IMG/VR virus record: IMGVR_UViG_3300012348_000120
Reading direction: 5' to 3' (one strand)
Length of the DNA stretch: 64,000 nucleotides
Source: a virus
Lineage: Duplodnaviria > Heunggongvirae > Uroviricota > Caudoviricetes
The notes beneath the pieces are model-generated. The model was not told where the DNA came from, made no database searches, and worked only from the letters and a program-made list of their open reading frames with translations. A program made the position numbers and the translations under genes. Every line of letters begins with the position of its first letter. Within the stretch, counting starts at the first letter, position 1. Positions 30,112 to 40,025 of the stretch are shown here, in pieces.

Positions 30112-31438
30112 TAATAAAAATAAAACAATATGTGCATTGGGATGGGATCACTTGCACGTAACTATTGATGGCTGGGTTGCACCTTGTTGTATTTGGAACT
30201 ATAAAGCCCAAAAGCAACATGAACTGTATAACCTAAAAGACCATACACTTGCAGAAGCCATAAACAGTCCTGGTATGATGTCAATGCGAAAAGCAATGCT
30301 TGAAGGAAAACGTCATCCGTTGTGCTTAACTTGTGATAAGCAAGAAGATGCTGGCATTGAGACGTTGCGTGATGTGTATAATTTTGAATATTTGGATAAA
30401 ATTGATGAGGAAATACAGGCAACCGATGTAGACGGAAGACTTGATCCTGCCAAATTTTCTCCTAGATATATTGATGTCAGATTTAGTAATCTGTGCAATA
30501 TGCGGTGCAGAATGTGTTCACACCAAGCAAGTAGTGCTTGGTATAATGAAATACAAAGTTGGTATGATGAATTAGAAATTTCAAATGCTCCTACGTACTA
30601 TGATGCGAAGTTTTTCAACCATAGTAAAATTACAAAAGACAAAATTGAACATTTGTTTGACGAGGTAGATAAAGTTTATTTTGCTGGTGGTGAACCGTTA
30701 ATACTTGAAGAGCATTATCGCGTATTGAACAGAATGATAAATTCTGGCCGTGCAAACGAAATAGAACTTATGTATAACACCAATTTAACCGTAGACTCTT
30801 ATAAGGGCGTTAAGCTGATAGAATATTGGAAACATTTTAAGCATGTCAAAATTATGGCAAGTGTTGATGGTATGGATGATGTTTACGATTATATCAGAAC
30901 TGGCGGCACTTGGAACAAAGCGCAAGAAATCTTTAATAGTTTCAAATCAGACGCACTGCCAAACATGCGTGTAGAAATTTGCGTAACCGTTAGCATTCAG
31001 AATATCTTTCAAATGCCTCGGTTCATCAAATGGTGCCACGAAAATGAATGGATGCACAATGGAAGAAACAGATTTGGTATTAACTTTGTGCAAGACCCGC
31101 CTGAATTAGATATTGTCTATTTGCCAGAAAATATCAAACAGCAAATAGTGGAAGAATTTGAAGAATTGCAAATATGGTTGCGTGAAAACAGAGGTGAAGG
31201 TTCGGATGAGGATGTTCAAAATTTCATAAGCTATATCAACAAATCGCAACCCAGTGAACAACTGAGAACCACAATGCTAAACAAGTTGAAATATCGGATG
31301 CATGCACAAGATATTACTGCTAATCTAGATTGGCAGTCGTCACTACCTGAAGTAAAAGAACTTCTTACCGATTATGAAAGTGTGTATTGGCCCGATAAAG
31401 GACAGCAACCAAAATACAAAGAACGAGATCGCAAGTGA
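30104..31438 (+). CDS. Radical SAM protein with N-terminal twitch domain (#5)
   Basis: CNMRCRMC, FAGGEP; CALGW..PCC..CLTC. Confidence 0.92.
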   Translation: MTDNKNKTICALGWDHLHVTIDGWVAPCCIWNYKAQKQHELYNLKDHTLAEAINSPGMMSMRKAMLEGKRHPLCLTCDKQEDAGIETLRDVYNFEYLDKIDEEIQATDVDGRLDPAKFSPRYIDVRFSNLCNMRCRMCSHQASSAWYNEIQSWYDELEISNAPTYYDAKFFNHSKITKDKIEHLFDEVDKVYFAGGEPLILEEHYRVLNRMINSGRANEIELMYNTNLTVDSYKGVKLIEYWKHFKHVKIMASVDGMDDVYDYIRTGGTWNKAQEIFNSFKSDALPNMRVEICVTVSIQNIFQMPRFIKWCHENEWMHNGRNRFGINFVQDPPELDIVYLPENIKQQIVEEFEELQIWLRENRGEGSDEDVQNFISYINKSQPSEQLRTTMLNKLKYRMHAQDITANLDWQSSLPEVKELLTDYESVYWPDKGQQPKYKERDRK

Positions 31439-32406
31439 ATATTAACAGAATAGCAGTTTGCTTTTACGGGCAATGGAGAACGGGACAAGTGTGTGTCCCG
31501 TATCTTAAAGAAATGTTTGACATGATAGAAGGCGCACAAGTTGATTATTTTTGCAATGTAAAAAATTGCCAAAGTTTTCATGCGGGGCCAGGTCTTAGAG
31601 ATAAAGGACACGTAGCATTTGAACAAGAAAAAATTGATAGTATTGTTTCACAAATAAATGATTGGATTGGACCAGTTGAGTTAAATGTGATGCATGATGA
31701 TCCAAATGTTGACTTTAATATTGATACGCCAGAAGGAGACTTCAATCGTCATGGGGCGCTAAGTGCAGCAGGCATCGCAGATGTGTTGTCAATGAAGCAA
31801 CGACACGAAGCAAAAACTGGAGAATACTATGATCTTGTTATACTAACCAGATATGATGTTCTTTACAGACCTATGTATTATATCAAAGAAGTAGTCAATA
31901 AGATCAGAAATGCAAATGACGTTGAAGTCTGGCCAAATGAACCAGATTCACTCATTGCTTTGGCAAAAAACCACGCCGCTGAACATGGAGCTTGGGGACA
32001 CTATACTACTTTTCCGAGAGTTATAAATGATCTGTTATTGATTATGACAGGCTCATATTCAGATAGAATTCTATTTGAAATGATAGATTACCTAAACACT
32101 ACGACCAGTGTATATGGAAATCAGCATCCTCCAATCTACGAAGGGTATGTGGATTTGATGACATTCCATAACTTCTTTGAGAAAATCGGAGGTAGAATAG
32201 CATTACCTCAAATCCGCGCTCCTGGAATAACGAAAAATTTCCTAGACGAGACAGGAGAAGTTCAAGACTTGGAAAAGCGCACCAACACGCCAGTTGAGAA
32301 CGGAATTTATATGATTGTTGCACGACCCACTGATGAAGTATTTACACTGAATCCAAAAGACGTGCAAGATTTTTTTAAGATCAACGATTACTGGGGCAAA
32401 TTTTAA
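31435..32406 (+). CDS. Uncharacterised IAVC-x-G family protein (putative glycan transferase)
   Basis: RIAVCFYGQWR N-terminus and YYDLVILTRYDV shared with three other ORFs in the window; GTG start. Confidence 0.55.
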   Translation: MNINRIAVCFYGQWRTGQVCVPYLKEMFDMIEGAQVDYFCNVKNCQSFHAGPGLRDKGHVAFEQEKIDSIVSQINDWIGPVELNVMHDDPNVDFNIDTPEGDFNRHGALSAAGIADVLSMKQRHEAKTGEYYDLVILTRYDVLYRPMYYIKEVVNKIRNANDVEVWPNEPDSLIALAKNHAAEHGAWGHYTTFPRVINDLLLIMTGSYSDRILFEMIDYLNTTTSVYGNQHPPIYEGYVDLMTFHNFFEKIGGRIALPQIRAPGITKNFLDETGEVQDLEKRTNTPVENGIYMIVARPTDEVFTLNPKDVQDFFKINDYWGKF

Positions 32407-32834
32407 TGCTTAAAATTATAACACATCGACAGACCAATCTACAAATTGATTTGGAGCATTACCAAACCGCTTGGCGTATGGGAACTCAAATGATGACTCC
32501 TGACCGTATTAAAGGAACGGTGCAGACCAGAGGATTATTGGTTTCACCAGAAGACGACAGTTTGGAAAACTTACTGGCGGGATCAAGCAAATTTAGAAAA
32601 TACTATTCATTGAACGATTCAAATACTATTGCGTTTTTTGATGGACAGAATAATAAATTCTATGCTGATTCGTTTACAACAGGCATGAAACTATTGACCG
32701 TGCATAAGTGGATATACTCGTTGAAAAATCTAAACGATTCGCCTCTCAAAGACGTTATAGATCAAAGTCACGAATTGTATGGTGTGGTATGGGCTTGGAT
32801 GTTTAAATACAATATAAGGTTCGTAAAGGTATGA
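32406..32834 (+). CDS. Hypothetical protein, possibly a degenerate IAVC-family C-terminal half
   Basis: Coupled on both sides; NNKFYADSFT resembles the D.FYYG.S motif of the family. Confidence 0.5.
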   Translation: MLKIITHRQTNLQIDLEHYQTAWRMGTQMMTPDRIKGTVQTRGLLVSPEDDSLENLLAGSSKFRKYYSLNDSNTIAFFDGQNNKFYADSFTTGMKLLTVHKWIYSLKNLNDSPLKDVIDQSHELYGVVWAWMFKYNIRFVKV

Positions 32835-34084
32835 CAAAAAAATGTGCAATGGCATGGGGTAATCTACACATTACTCCCGATGGCAAGGTTGCTCCTTGTA
32901 TGCAATACACTTTCTCTGATGACAAAGAGTATGAGTTATATAATATCAAAGACCACACATTAGAGGAAGCCATTAATAGTCCTGGTATGTGCACTGTTAG
33001 ACGCACGATGCTTAATGAGCAACAAAATGATATGTGTAGCGTTTGTGATTACAGAGAAAGAAACGGGGTCAATAGCACACGAATTTCTATCAATGAACAA
33101 ATGTGGCACAGAATTGACACTACGCCGACCCGACAAGATGGGTATTTACAATTGGATGATTTTAAACCACTCCTGTTGGATGTTCGGTTTAGCAACGTTT
33201 GTAACTTAAAGTGTAGAATGTGCTCACACGATTATAGTAGTGCTTGGTATGACGAATCGATTGAAATATCTTCCGCAGACAAAAACTTTGTTTTTAAAAG
33301 CGTAACCAAAAACGATAGTAAGTTTCATGGAAATGTTTCATACGATGACATAGCACCAATGCTTGATTATGTGGAAACTATATATTTTGCTGGCGGTGAA
33401 CCTCTTATGACGCCAGACCATTACAAAGTGTTAGAACACCTCATCAATAATAATAGAGCAAAAGATGTCAAATTAGTATACAGCACTAATTTGACTATAA
33501 GTCGTTACAAGGGTAAACCAGTCAGAGATTACTGGGCTGAATTTGAAAATGTTGAAGTTGCAGCTAGTATCGATGGTATGGGAAAAGTAGGAGAGTATAT
33601 TAGAACTAATTTAAATTGGCAAAGTGCAATTAATACTTACAACGAATTAAAGCCAAACGATGAACGTTATTCTAACATATCCATATATGCTTGCATAACA
33701 TTGTCCAACTTAAATGTTTTTCACTTGCCCGACTTTATTAAATGGTGTTTGCAATCTGGTTGGATACTAAAAGAAACAAATGTGTATGCTATAAATTATG
33801 TTGAATTTCCATTTGATATGAGTGTGAGAGCACTTCCACTTGAAGCAAGAACCGCTGTTATTTCTAAGTATAAAAAGCTGATTAGCTGGATGGAAGAAAA
33901 TGACGCGCATAACGGAATTGATCAAATAAACAATATCATAAAATACATACAAGGCACTGATAAAACAGAAAGCGAAATTTTAGAACTAAATACTCTTTTG
34001 CGACAACGTTTGGACTTGTATGATAAGACCGCAAATCTAAATTGGAAGGAATCGTTACACGAGTTGGAAGAATACTTACGATGA
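32831..34084 (+). CDS. Radical SAM protein with N-terminal twitch domain (#6)
   Basis: CNLKCRMC, FAGGEP; close paralog of #5 (YELYNIKDHTLEEAINSPGM vs HELYNLKDHTLAEAINSPGM). Confidence 0.92.
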   Translation: MTKKCAMAWGNLHITPDGKVAPCMQYTFSDDKEYELYNIKDHTLEEAINSPGMCTVRRTMLNEQQNDMCSVCDYRERNGVNSTRISINEQMWHRIDTTPTRQDGYLQLDDFKPLLLDVRFSNVCNLKCRMCSHDYSSAWYDESIEISSADKNFVFKSVTKNDSKFHGNVSYDDIAPMLDYVETIYFAGGEPLMTPDHYKVLEHLINNNRAKDVKLVYSTNLTISRYKGKPVRDYWAEFENVEVAASIDGMGKVGEYIRTNLNWQSAINTYNELKPNDERYSNISIYACITLSNLNVFHLPDFIKWCLQSGWILKETNVYAINYVEFPFDMSVRALPLEARTAVISKYKKLISWMEENDAHNGIDQINNIIKYIQGTDKTESEILELNTLLRQRLDLYDKTANLNWKESLHELEEYLR

Positions 34085-34103
34085 AATAAAATTGCATAAT
34101 CTA

Positions 34104-34140
34104 TTGACAATTCACAACTTTACTGTTATTATAGTAAATA
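34104..34140 (+). promoter_or_regulatory. Sigma70-type promoter plus late-type TAAATA upstream of the RuBisCO-like operon
   Basis: TTGACA (34104-34109), 17 bp, TGt-TATTAT (34127-34132); GTAAATA 34134-34140; the -10 lies within the inverted repeat TTTACTGT-TATT-ATAGTAAA. Confidence 0.7.
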
Positions 34141-34171
34141 AAACCAAGTCTAATATAGAAGGAAGATTTTT

Positions 34172-35215
34172 ATGAGCAAGTCTTACAGGGTCACATACCA
34201 TGTTGAAAGTCCTGATATTCCACGTGCCGCAGATGCTATTGCACTTGGACAGAGTATAGGAAATCCAGACATTCGTAATGATTACGAATTGGAAGAAAGT
34301 ATTCAGGCCAGCGCCGCAAAAGTTGTGGAGATCGATGGAAACCGTGTTGTTATTGACTTTCAATGGCGCAATCTACATAGTCCAAAAGACATAGGTCACA
34401 TGCTATGCAACATTCAAGGTGGACAAAGTGATATTGCTCTATTAGAAGTTTGCCGCATTACTGATATTGAACTCAATCAGCCATTTACTAAGAACCCAGT
34501 CACAAAGACGTTAAAGCATCGAAATCGTCCCTTGCTTGGTAGTATCGTGAAACCAAAAGCGGGACTAATTCCCAGCCAACTTCATGAGATTGTCACGATG
34601 ATGTGTGATGGAGGAATTGATTTTATCAAAGAAGATGAAATTCTAGGAGACCCTGCATATCTACCACTGGCACAGCGCCTAGATATTATTCAGCCGATTA
34701 TGGAAAACTTCCCTGATACTGTATATACATACTGTGTAAACGGTAATCCTGGCCACTTGATTGAACAACTGGACTTGGTTCATAAAGCAAAAGGTGATGG
34801 CGTCCACATAAATTTCTGGAGCAGTATGGGTGCATATGCCGACAGCAACGCACGTGGGTTGTTCACTCACTTTCAGCGCAGCGGAATTCGTGCTTATACC
34901 GATCCTCGTAACCCCTATGGCATTGACTGGACAGTTCTAGTTAAACTAGCAATATACCAAGGCATAGACAGTATTCATGTCGGTATGATTGGCGGATACT
35001 ATCCTGGTGATCACAAAGAAGTTCGTGACGCAGTAGCACTATGTCAGAAGCATGACGTATGGGCAACACTAAGCTGTGGTATGACACCAGAGATTGCAAA
35101 AGATATTCAGCAAGAGATTGGCAACCACTGGTTAGCAAATGTGGGCGGCTGGTTACACACTGGCGAAAGTATTGAAAAAAATATCATAAAGTTTAGGAAA
35201 TCGTTGGAATCATAA
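34172..35215 (+). CDS. RuBisCO-like protein (form IV RLP)
   Basis: AIALGQSIG, RPLLGSIVKPKAGL, GGIDFIKEDE (RuBisCO motif with the carbamylated Lys), GIDSIHVG, SCGM, NVGG. H294 and K334 equivalents appear replaced. Confidence 0.9.
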   Translation: MSKSYRVTYHVESPDIPRAADAIALGQSIGNPDIRNDYELEESIQASAAKVVEIDGNRVVIDFQWRNLHSPKDIGHMLCNIQGGQSDIALLEVCRITDIELNQPFTKNPVTKTLKHRNRPLLGSIVKPKAGLIPSQLHEIVTMMCDGGIDFIKEDEILGDPAYLPLAQRLDIIQPIMENFPDTVYTYCVNGNPGHLIEQLDLVHKAKGDGVHINFWSSMGAYADSNARGLFTHFQRSGIRAYTDPRNPYGIDWTVLVKLAIYQGIDSIHVGMIGGYYPGDHKEVRDAVALCQKHDVWATLSCGMTPEIAKDIQQEIGNHWLANVGGWLHTGESIEKNIIKFRKSLES

Positions 35216-35538
35216 TGGATACATATAAAATAAAAGATTTTGTGGGGGGATGGTATATAGGAAACTTTGAACCATCTATCCTAAAAACAGATCAAGTTGA
35301 GGTTGGTATTAAGTTCCACACAAAAGGCGAATATATTCATCCACATTATCAGCGGGTTGCAACAGAACACAATCTAATCGTCAGCGGTAAAATGACTGCA
35401 AATGGTAAAGAATTGTCGGATGGCGATATTTTTGTTTACCATCCATATGAAGTATGCGAAGTTGAATTTCACACCGATGTTACTGTCATATGCGTGAAGA
35501 CCCCAAGTTTGGGTATAGACGATAAGGTAGATACATAA
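35215..35538 (+). CDS. Cupin-domain protein
   Basis: GWYIGNFEP, HPHYQ..ATE, GDIFV..PYE; beta-barrel pattern; TAATG-coupled to the RLP. Confidence 0.7.
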   Translation: MDTYKIKDFVGGWYIGNFEPSILKTDQVEVGIKFHTKGEYIHPHYQRVATEHNLIVSGKMTANGKELSDGDIFVYHPYEVCEVEFHTDVTVICVKTPSLGIDDKVDT

Positions 35539-36240
35539 ATGATTAACGTGTTGCAGTTGTGTGCTGGAAAAGGTAGTAGATTTGCTAATACTCATGCTGC
35601 ACCAAAACCATTCATTGATATTAATAATAAGCCTATGTTCATTGAGTCATTAGATAGTCTATCAGTGACAAGTGATGTTAGGGTTCATCATTTGTTTCAA
35701 AAGTCTCATATTGAACAATACAACCCCTCGCAATACACATCAAATCTAATACATTCAATAGACCACTACACTGATGGAGCCGCCACCAGTGCTTACAGTG
35801 TAATTGCTAATAGCGATTACAAAAATGAATCTTGGCTGATTATAGATTGTGATTTTATGATTCAACATGATTTCGCAAATTTCTTAGCAAACAGTCAAAC
35901 TAATTTGATTTTTGCCCAAGAATTTCAATGGGACAAAAAATCAAGTTACTGTTGTGTTGATGAAAATCTAAACGTATTTGGTGTTGCTGAAAAACAACCA
36001 ATAAGCAAATATAGAAACACAGGTCAATATTATTGGGCAAGTGGTGAGTTATTTGTTGACGCATATGAATTTTATAAACAAAATGAATTATTGAGCAATG
36101 GGGAATTTTATATAGCGCCATTGTTTAATCATACAATACAAAATGGCAACAACGTTAAACTTCACTTGGTGGAAGATTTTAAATCAATTGGAACGCCAGA
36201 CGATTTAAAAAGATACATGATGGATACGAATTATGAATGA
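35539..36240 (+). CDS. Sugar-phosphate nucleotidyltransferase (BcbE/GlmU-RmlA-like fold)
   Basis: LCAGKGSRF, PKPFI, IIDCD, AEKQPIS, GEFYIAP, GTPDDL. Confidence 0.85.
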   Translation: MINVLQLCAGKGSRFANTHAAPKPFIDINNKPMFIESLDSLSVTSDVRVHHLFQKSHIEQYNPSQYTSNLIHSIDHYTDGAATSAYSVIANSDYKNESWLIIDCDFMIQHDFANFLANSQTNLIFAQEFQWDKKSSYCCVDENLNVFGVAEKQPISKYRNTGQYYWASGELFVDAYEFYKQNELLSNGEFYIAPLFNHTIQNGNNVKLHLVEDFKSIGTPDDLKRYMMDTNYE

Positions 36241-36679
36241 ATATGGCGTAAAATTTATTGCACACCGAGGAAATTGGAATGGTATTAATCCTGCATTGGA
36301 AAACACCATTGACTATATGAAATTTGCATATAATGACAAACGATTCGATGTAGAGTGTGATGTTATATGTCACAATGGTAAACTGTATTTTGGACACGAT
36401 GAGCCACAAGAGCTTGTTGATTTTGAATTTATACAAAGTTCAGGAGTATGGACACATGCTAAAAATTTGGAAGCGTTAGAGTTATTGATACGAACTGACG
36501 CAAACTATTTCTGGCATCAGAGCGATGCTTTGACAATAACTCGTTCTTCTCATTTGTGGTGCCATCCTGGGGTATTTCCAAGGGTAAAAAGCGCAATATG
36601 GTTAGACTTACTGGGTGTGCCATTGCCTGATGACACCAGTGGAATTTACGGGATATGTGGAGACATAAATAAAGATTGA
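36233..36679 (+). CDS. Glycerophosphodiester phosphodiesterase/PI-PLC-like small protein
   Basis: IAHRGN, EN, DVECDV, GHDEP, WTHAKN, GICGD. Confidence 0.7.
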   Translation: MNEYGVKFIAHRGNWNGINPALENTIDYMKFAYNDKRFDVECDVICHNGKLYFGHDEPQELVDFEFIQSSGVWTHAKNLEALELLIRTDANYFWHQSDALTITRSSHLWCHPGVFPRVKSAIWLDLLGVPLPDDTSGIYGICGDINKD

Positions 36680-36706
36680 CGATTAGTGAAAATGTGAAAG
36701 AATAAA

Positions 36707-37171
36707 ATGACTGTCTTGCAAGAAAATGTAATAGTTTATACGTGGAATGGTAATCAGTCGTATGACCAATCTGAAATTACAAAAAAATATCCTGATATTA
36801 ATTTCATATTCAAAAACTTCTCAGATGAAGATTTTTATAGAATTATGGAAGAAGCGGGTATTCATAAACTGTCAAATGAATTAAAAAGACAGCATGACCA
36901 AAAAGAATGTTTCTATTACGACCGTATATACGTAATCCATAATTCCATTAACATTGATGATATTGATTTTTCAAGTCATGCGGAAAATAATACTGTTTAT
37001 TTTTTAGATAGTATCAATGAAAATTACTTTTACTGCGGAAGTATAACATTTAATATCATGTCTTTGATTTCTAAGTTTCGTAAATTTGTTGCAAAGGATT
37101 CCGATGACGTATTGTATTATCATATGTTTTCTCATGGAATCAATATTGAAATTGAAAGGACTGACATATGA
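36707..37171 (+). CDS. Hypothetical protein, possibly a degenerate IAVC-family member
   Basis: TWN, YYDRIY and ENYFYCGS parallel HTWN, FDVVV and DIFYYGTS in the next gene; ATAAATA at 36665-36671. Confidence 0.5.
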   Translation: MTVLQENVIVYTWNGNQSYDQSEITKKYPDINFIFKNFSDEDFYRIMEEAGIHKLSNELKRQHDQKECFYYDRIYVIHNSINIDDIDFSSHAENNTVYFLDSINENYFYCGSITFNIMSLISKFRKFVAKDSDDVLYYHMFSHGINIEIERTDI

Positions 37172-37956
37172 AAAATATTGCGGTGTGTTTTGCAGGAGAG
37201 CCTAGAACGTATGCCATTATGTCAGATAGCATCAAAGCATTTTTTCATAATGAAAATCACAATGTTAAATATTTTTGCCATACATGGAACACAAATAGCT
37301 ATAAAATGATTGCGTCTGATACTGTATTTGAGGAATACAGTATAGAGTTTATTGAGAACGATATAAAAAAGTATTTTGATTTTGAAAAGTTGATGGTAGA
37401 AAAACAGTTTCCTACCGTAAAACGTGATTTTAATCACCAGTTATACAGTGAAGCTGCGTGTAATTTACTTAAAAGACAATACGAATTAGAAAATTCAATG
37501 ACCTTTGACGTAGTAGTTAAGTGTAGATTTGACTTGGCATTCTTCCCAGGTATTACATTTAATGACATTTTACCAAATGAAATCACGGAAAAAACAATTT
37601 ACAGTAACAATGAAATTAAAAATTCTGAAGGATATGTTCCATCATTAGATGATATTTTTTACTATGGAACTAGTTATTCAATGGACACTGTTAATTCTAG
37701 TATATATTTTGTAGGGCAGGATATTCATCGTAATTTGCAAAGATACAAAGATGTAGACAAGAACACAAACGCCAACCATTTTATCGGCCCAGGTATAAGA
37801 ATATGGCAATGGCAATCTCAAAACAATATTCTCCCACAAAACATAGATAGGCATTGGTTCATATATAGAAAATTTCTATACCCTCAAGTTGTTACCTCTG
37901 AAAATTATCACAGTTTGTTGGGCGAAACTTTAAAGGTATATGCAAATGAAATATGA
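37168..37956 (+). CDS. Uncharacterised IAVC-x-G family protein (putative glycan transferase)
   Basis: KNIAVCFAGEPR, FCHTW, FDVVVKCRFDL, DIFYYG. Confidence 0.6.
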   Translation: MKNIAVCFAGEPRTYAIMSDSIKAFFHNENHNVKYFCHTWNTNSYKMIASDTVFEEYSIEFIENDIKKYFDFEKLMVEKQFPTVKRDFNHQLYSEAACNLLKRQYELENSMTFDVVVKCRFDLAFFPGITFNDILPNEITEKTIYSNNEIKNSEGYVPSLDDIFYYGTSYSMDTVNSSIYFVGQDIHRNLQRYKDVDKNTNANHFIGPGIRIWQWQSQNNILPQNIDRHWFIYRKFLYPQVVTSENYHSLLGETLKVYANEI

Positions 37957-38614
37957 TTTTATTGAAATAGGAACATCAGATTTTGATACACTGTGTCAAA
38001 TTTGCGATGAGGATACAGTTGGAATTTCCATTGAAGCCGTTAAACCGTATCTAGATAGACTACCAAAAAAGAAAAATGTGACATTGGTGAATAGTGCGTT
38101 TGTTACTGAAGAATATTTCAAAACAAACCAAACGATTGAAGTATATTACACTCATCCTGAGATCATAGATAAACACAATCTAAGCGTGGAACTTAGAGGA
38201 AGTAATAGTGTTGGGTCGCCTCATGAATACCAAATAAAATATTACGATAACTATCAAGATCATGCTATGTGTTATTCGCAACCTGAATTACTGGCCTTTT
38301 CAAGAGACTTAGTAAAAGAAGGATTGGTAAGTGTAGATACAGTTGATTGTATCACTTGGGAAAAATTATTTGATATGCATAATATAACTTCGGTTGATTT
38401 TATTAAAATTGACGCAGAAGGAATGGACAATTCACTAGTTTTAGATTTGATAAAATTCTGCGTGAATTCCAATCAAGAATTCCCCAAAAAAATTCAATTT
38501 GAAAAAAATTACTCTAGCGCCAGTAAAAAACAAAATGATGAATTGCTACAAACTTTAACAAAGCATGGGTATGATGTAAAAACGGTAAATCATGATGTAA
38601 TTGCGACAATGTGA
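37946..38614 (+). CDS. FkbM-family SAM-dependent methyltransferase
   Basis: FIEIGTSDF, ISIEAV, DFIKIDAEGMD, IQFE. Confidence 0.8.
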   Translation: MKYDFIEIGTSDFDTLCQICDEDTVGISIEAVKPYLDRLPKKKNVTLVNSAFVTEEYFKTNQTIEVYYTHPEIIDKHNLSVELRGSNSVGSPHEYQIKYYDNYQDHAMCYSQPELLAFSRDLVKEGLVSVDTVDCITWEKLFDMHNITSVDFIKIDAEGMDNSLVLDLIKFCVNSNQEFPKKIQFEKNYSSASKKQNDELLQTLTKHGYDVKTVNHDVIATM

Positions 38615-38639
38615 AAATTGTAATGCAATAAATATACAT

Positions 38640-39242
38640 ATGAATACATTAATATTTGATTTAGATGGGACATTGATTGATGCAAATACGCTTCACCGTG
38701 ATAGTTTTCGGTGGGCGGTTAAACAAGTATGCCCATCATTTCAAATCACAATAGAGATGGAAGATTACCTAGAGGGCGTTCCAAGTCTTAATAAAATAGA
38801 ATACATCAATAACACATTTAAGACTGGCATTGATTCAAATGAAGTATATAGATTAAAACAAGAATACACCGAAAAGAACATGCACACCATTTCGTCTCAT
38901 AATGAAATGGGAAAAGTCTTACGTGAATTATCAAAAAAATACAATATGGTTATTGCAAGTAATGCGAGAAGTAGATTTGTTTATTCTGCTATTGGATTTA
39001 TGGGATTTACGAATTTTGACTTGATTCTTACTTCTAACTTTCTTCCTATCGAAAAACGAAAACCCAATCCATATATCTTTTTAGAGGCGATGAAGTTGAT
39101 TGATAGTTGCCCAACAAAGACTGTAATATTTGAAGATAGCGAGGTAGGATTAACTGCCGCTAATCTTTCTGGCGCAGCGAAGGTTATACACGTCAAAAAT
39201 AGTGCCGATACGGTGTCCAAATGCAAAGAGTTGTTCTTGTGA
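38640..39242 (+). CDS. HAD-superfamily phosphatase (beta-PGM/CbbY-like)
   Basis: IFDLDGT, ASN, KPNP, IFEDSEVG; ATAAATA 5 nt before the ATG. Confidence 0.88.
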   Translation: MNTLIFDLDGTLIDANTLHRDSFRWAVKQVCPSFQITIEMEDYLEGVPSLNKIEYINNTFKTGIDSNEVYRLKQEYTEKNMHTISSHNEMGKVLRELSKKYNMVIASNARSRFVYSAIGFMGFTNFDLILTSNFLPIEKRKPNPYIFLEAMKLIDSCPTKTVIFEDSEVGLTAANLSGAAKVIHVKNSADTVSKCKELFL

Positions 39243-39272
39243 ACGCTCACAGGGTATCAACGTAAATATCCC

Positions 39273-40025
39273 ATGAATGTTAATATCATAAGTCAATTCA
39301 CATCTGGAAGAAGCGGAGCAAAAGTTTATTTGGCCGAAAAAAATGGCATTGTCGGTGTATACAAAACAAACATAAAAGACCCATATGGCGTTGCCGAGTT
39401 ATCAAAAAAACTTCCATTCCGAACACCAGAGATATATGATATTTCTGACGATTCTATATTCATGGAATATATAAACGGCACTCCTATAAAGGAAATAATT
39501 AAGAAGAATGAAAGTTCGTCTTTGAATGTAATATCTGATTTCATACTTAATTATATTGAATACGCATTTAGTTCTTCCGAGGGACTATTTGATTTTAGAG
39601 ATGTAATTGATGAAAAAATAAACAAAGTCTCATCGTATATATCTCCAAATTACTTTTCTAATCTGCATACCATATATCCAAAATCAGTAATACATGGTGA
39701 TTTCACGTTTGATAATATGATATATTACGAAAATGAAATAGTCTTAATTGATTTGTCTCCGACACCACTTTCAAGTATTCACTTTGATATAAACAAGTTT
39801 AGACAGGATTTAAGCGGATATTGGTTTGTTCGCTATGAAGATAGTAAAGCCCCATGGGTCAACTATTGTGAAGAAATATATAGATTAATCAATGATAGAT
39901 ACCAATCTTTGTTTGATGACAAATTATACAATCTAATGGTTGCTAGGATATTTCCGTATTGTAAAGAAAACACATACGATTTTGAATATATCAAACATAT
40001 TACTGTCCCTGTTCTAAATTCTTGA
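39273..40025 (+). CDS. APH/choline-kinase-like phosphotransferase
   Basis: GRSGAKV glycine loop, MEYING, IHGDFTFDNM, LID. Confidence 0.8.
   Translation: MNVNIISQFTSGRSGAKVYLAEKNGIVGVYKTNIKDPYGVAELSKKLPFRTPEIYDISDDSIFMEYINGTPIKEIIKKNESSSLNVISDFILNYIEYAFSSSEGLFDFRDVIDEKINKVSSYISPNYFSNLHTIYPKSVIHGDFTFDNMIYYENEIVLIDLSPTPLSSIHFDINKFRQDLSGYWFVRYEDSKAPWVNYCEEIYRLINDRYQSLFDDKLYNLMVARIFPYCKENTYDFEYIKHITVPVLNS

Noticed and set aside
34172-35215. Bona fide CO2-fixing RuBisCO as an auxiliary metabolic gene
   Set aside because: The protein is short (347 aa), the H294 and K334 equivalents appear substituted, and there is no small subunit or phosphoribulokinase nearby.
36676-36708. Sigma70 promoter TTGACG...TAAAAT before 36707
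   Set aside because: The spacing to the best -10 is wrong and that -10 overlaps the start codon; the late-type ATAAATA is the better explanation.
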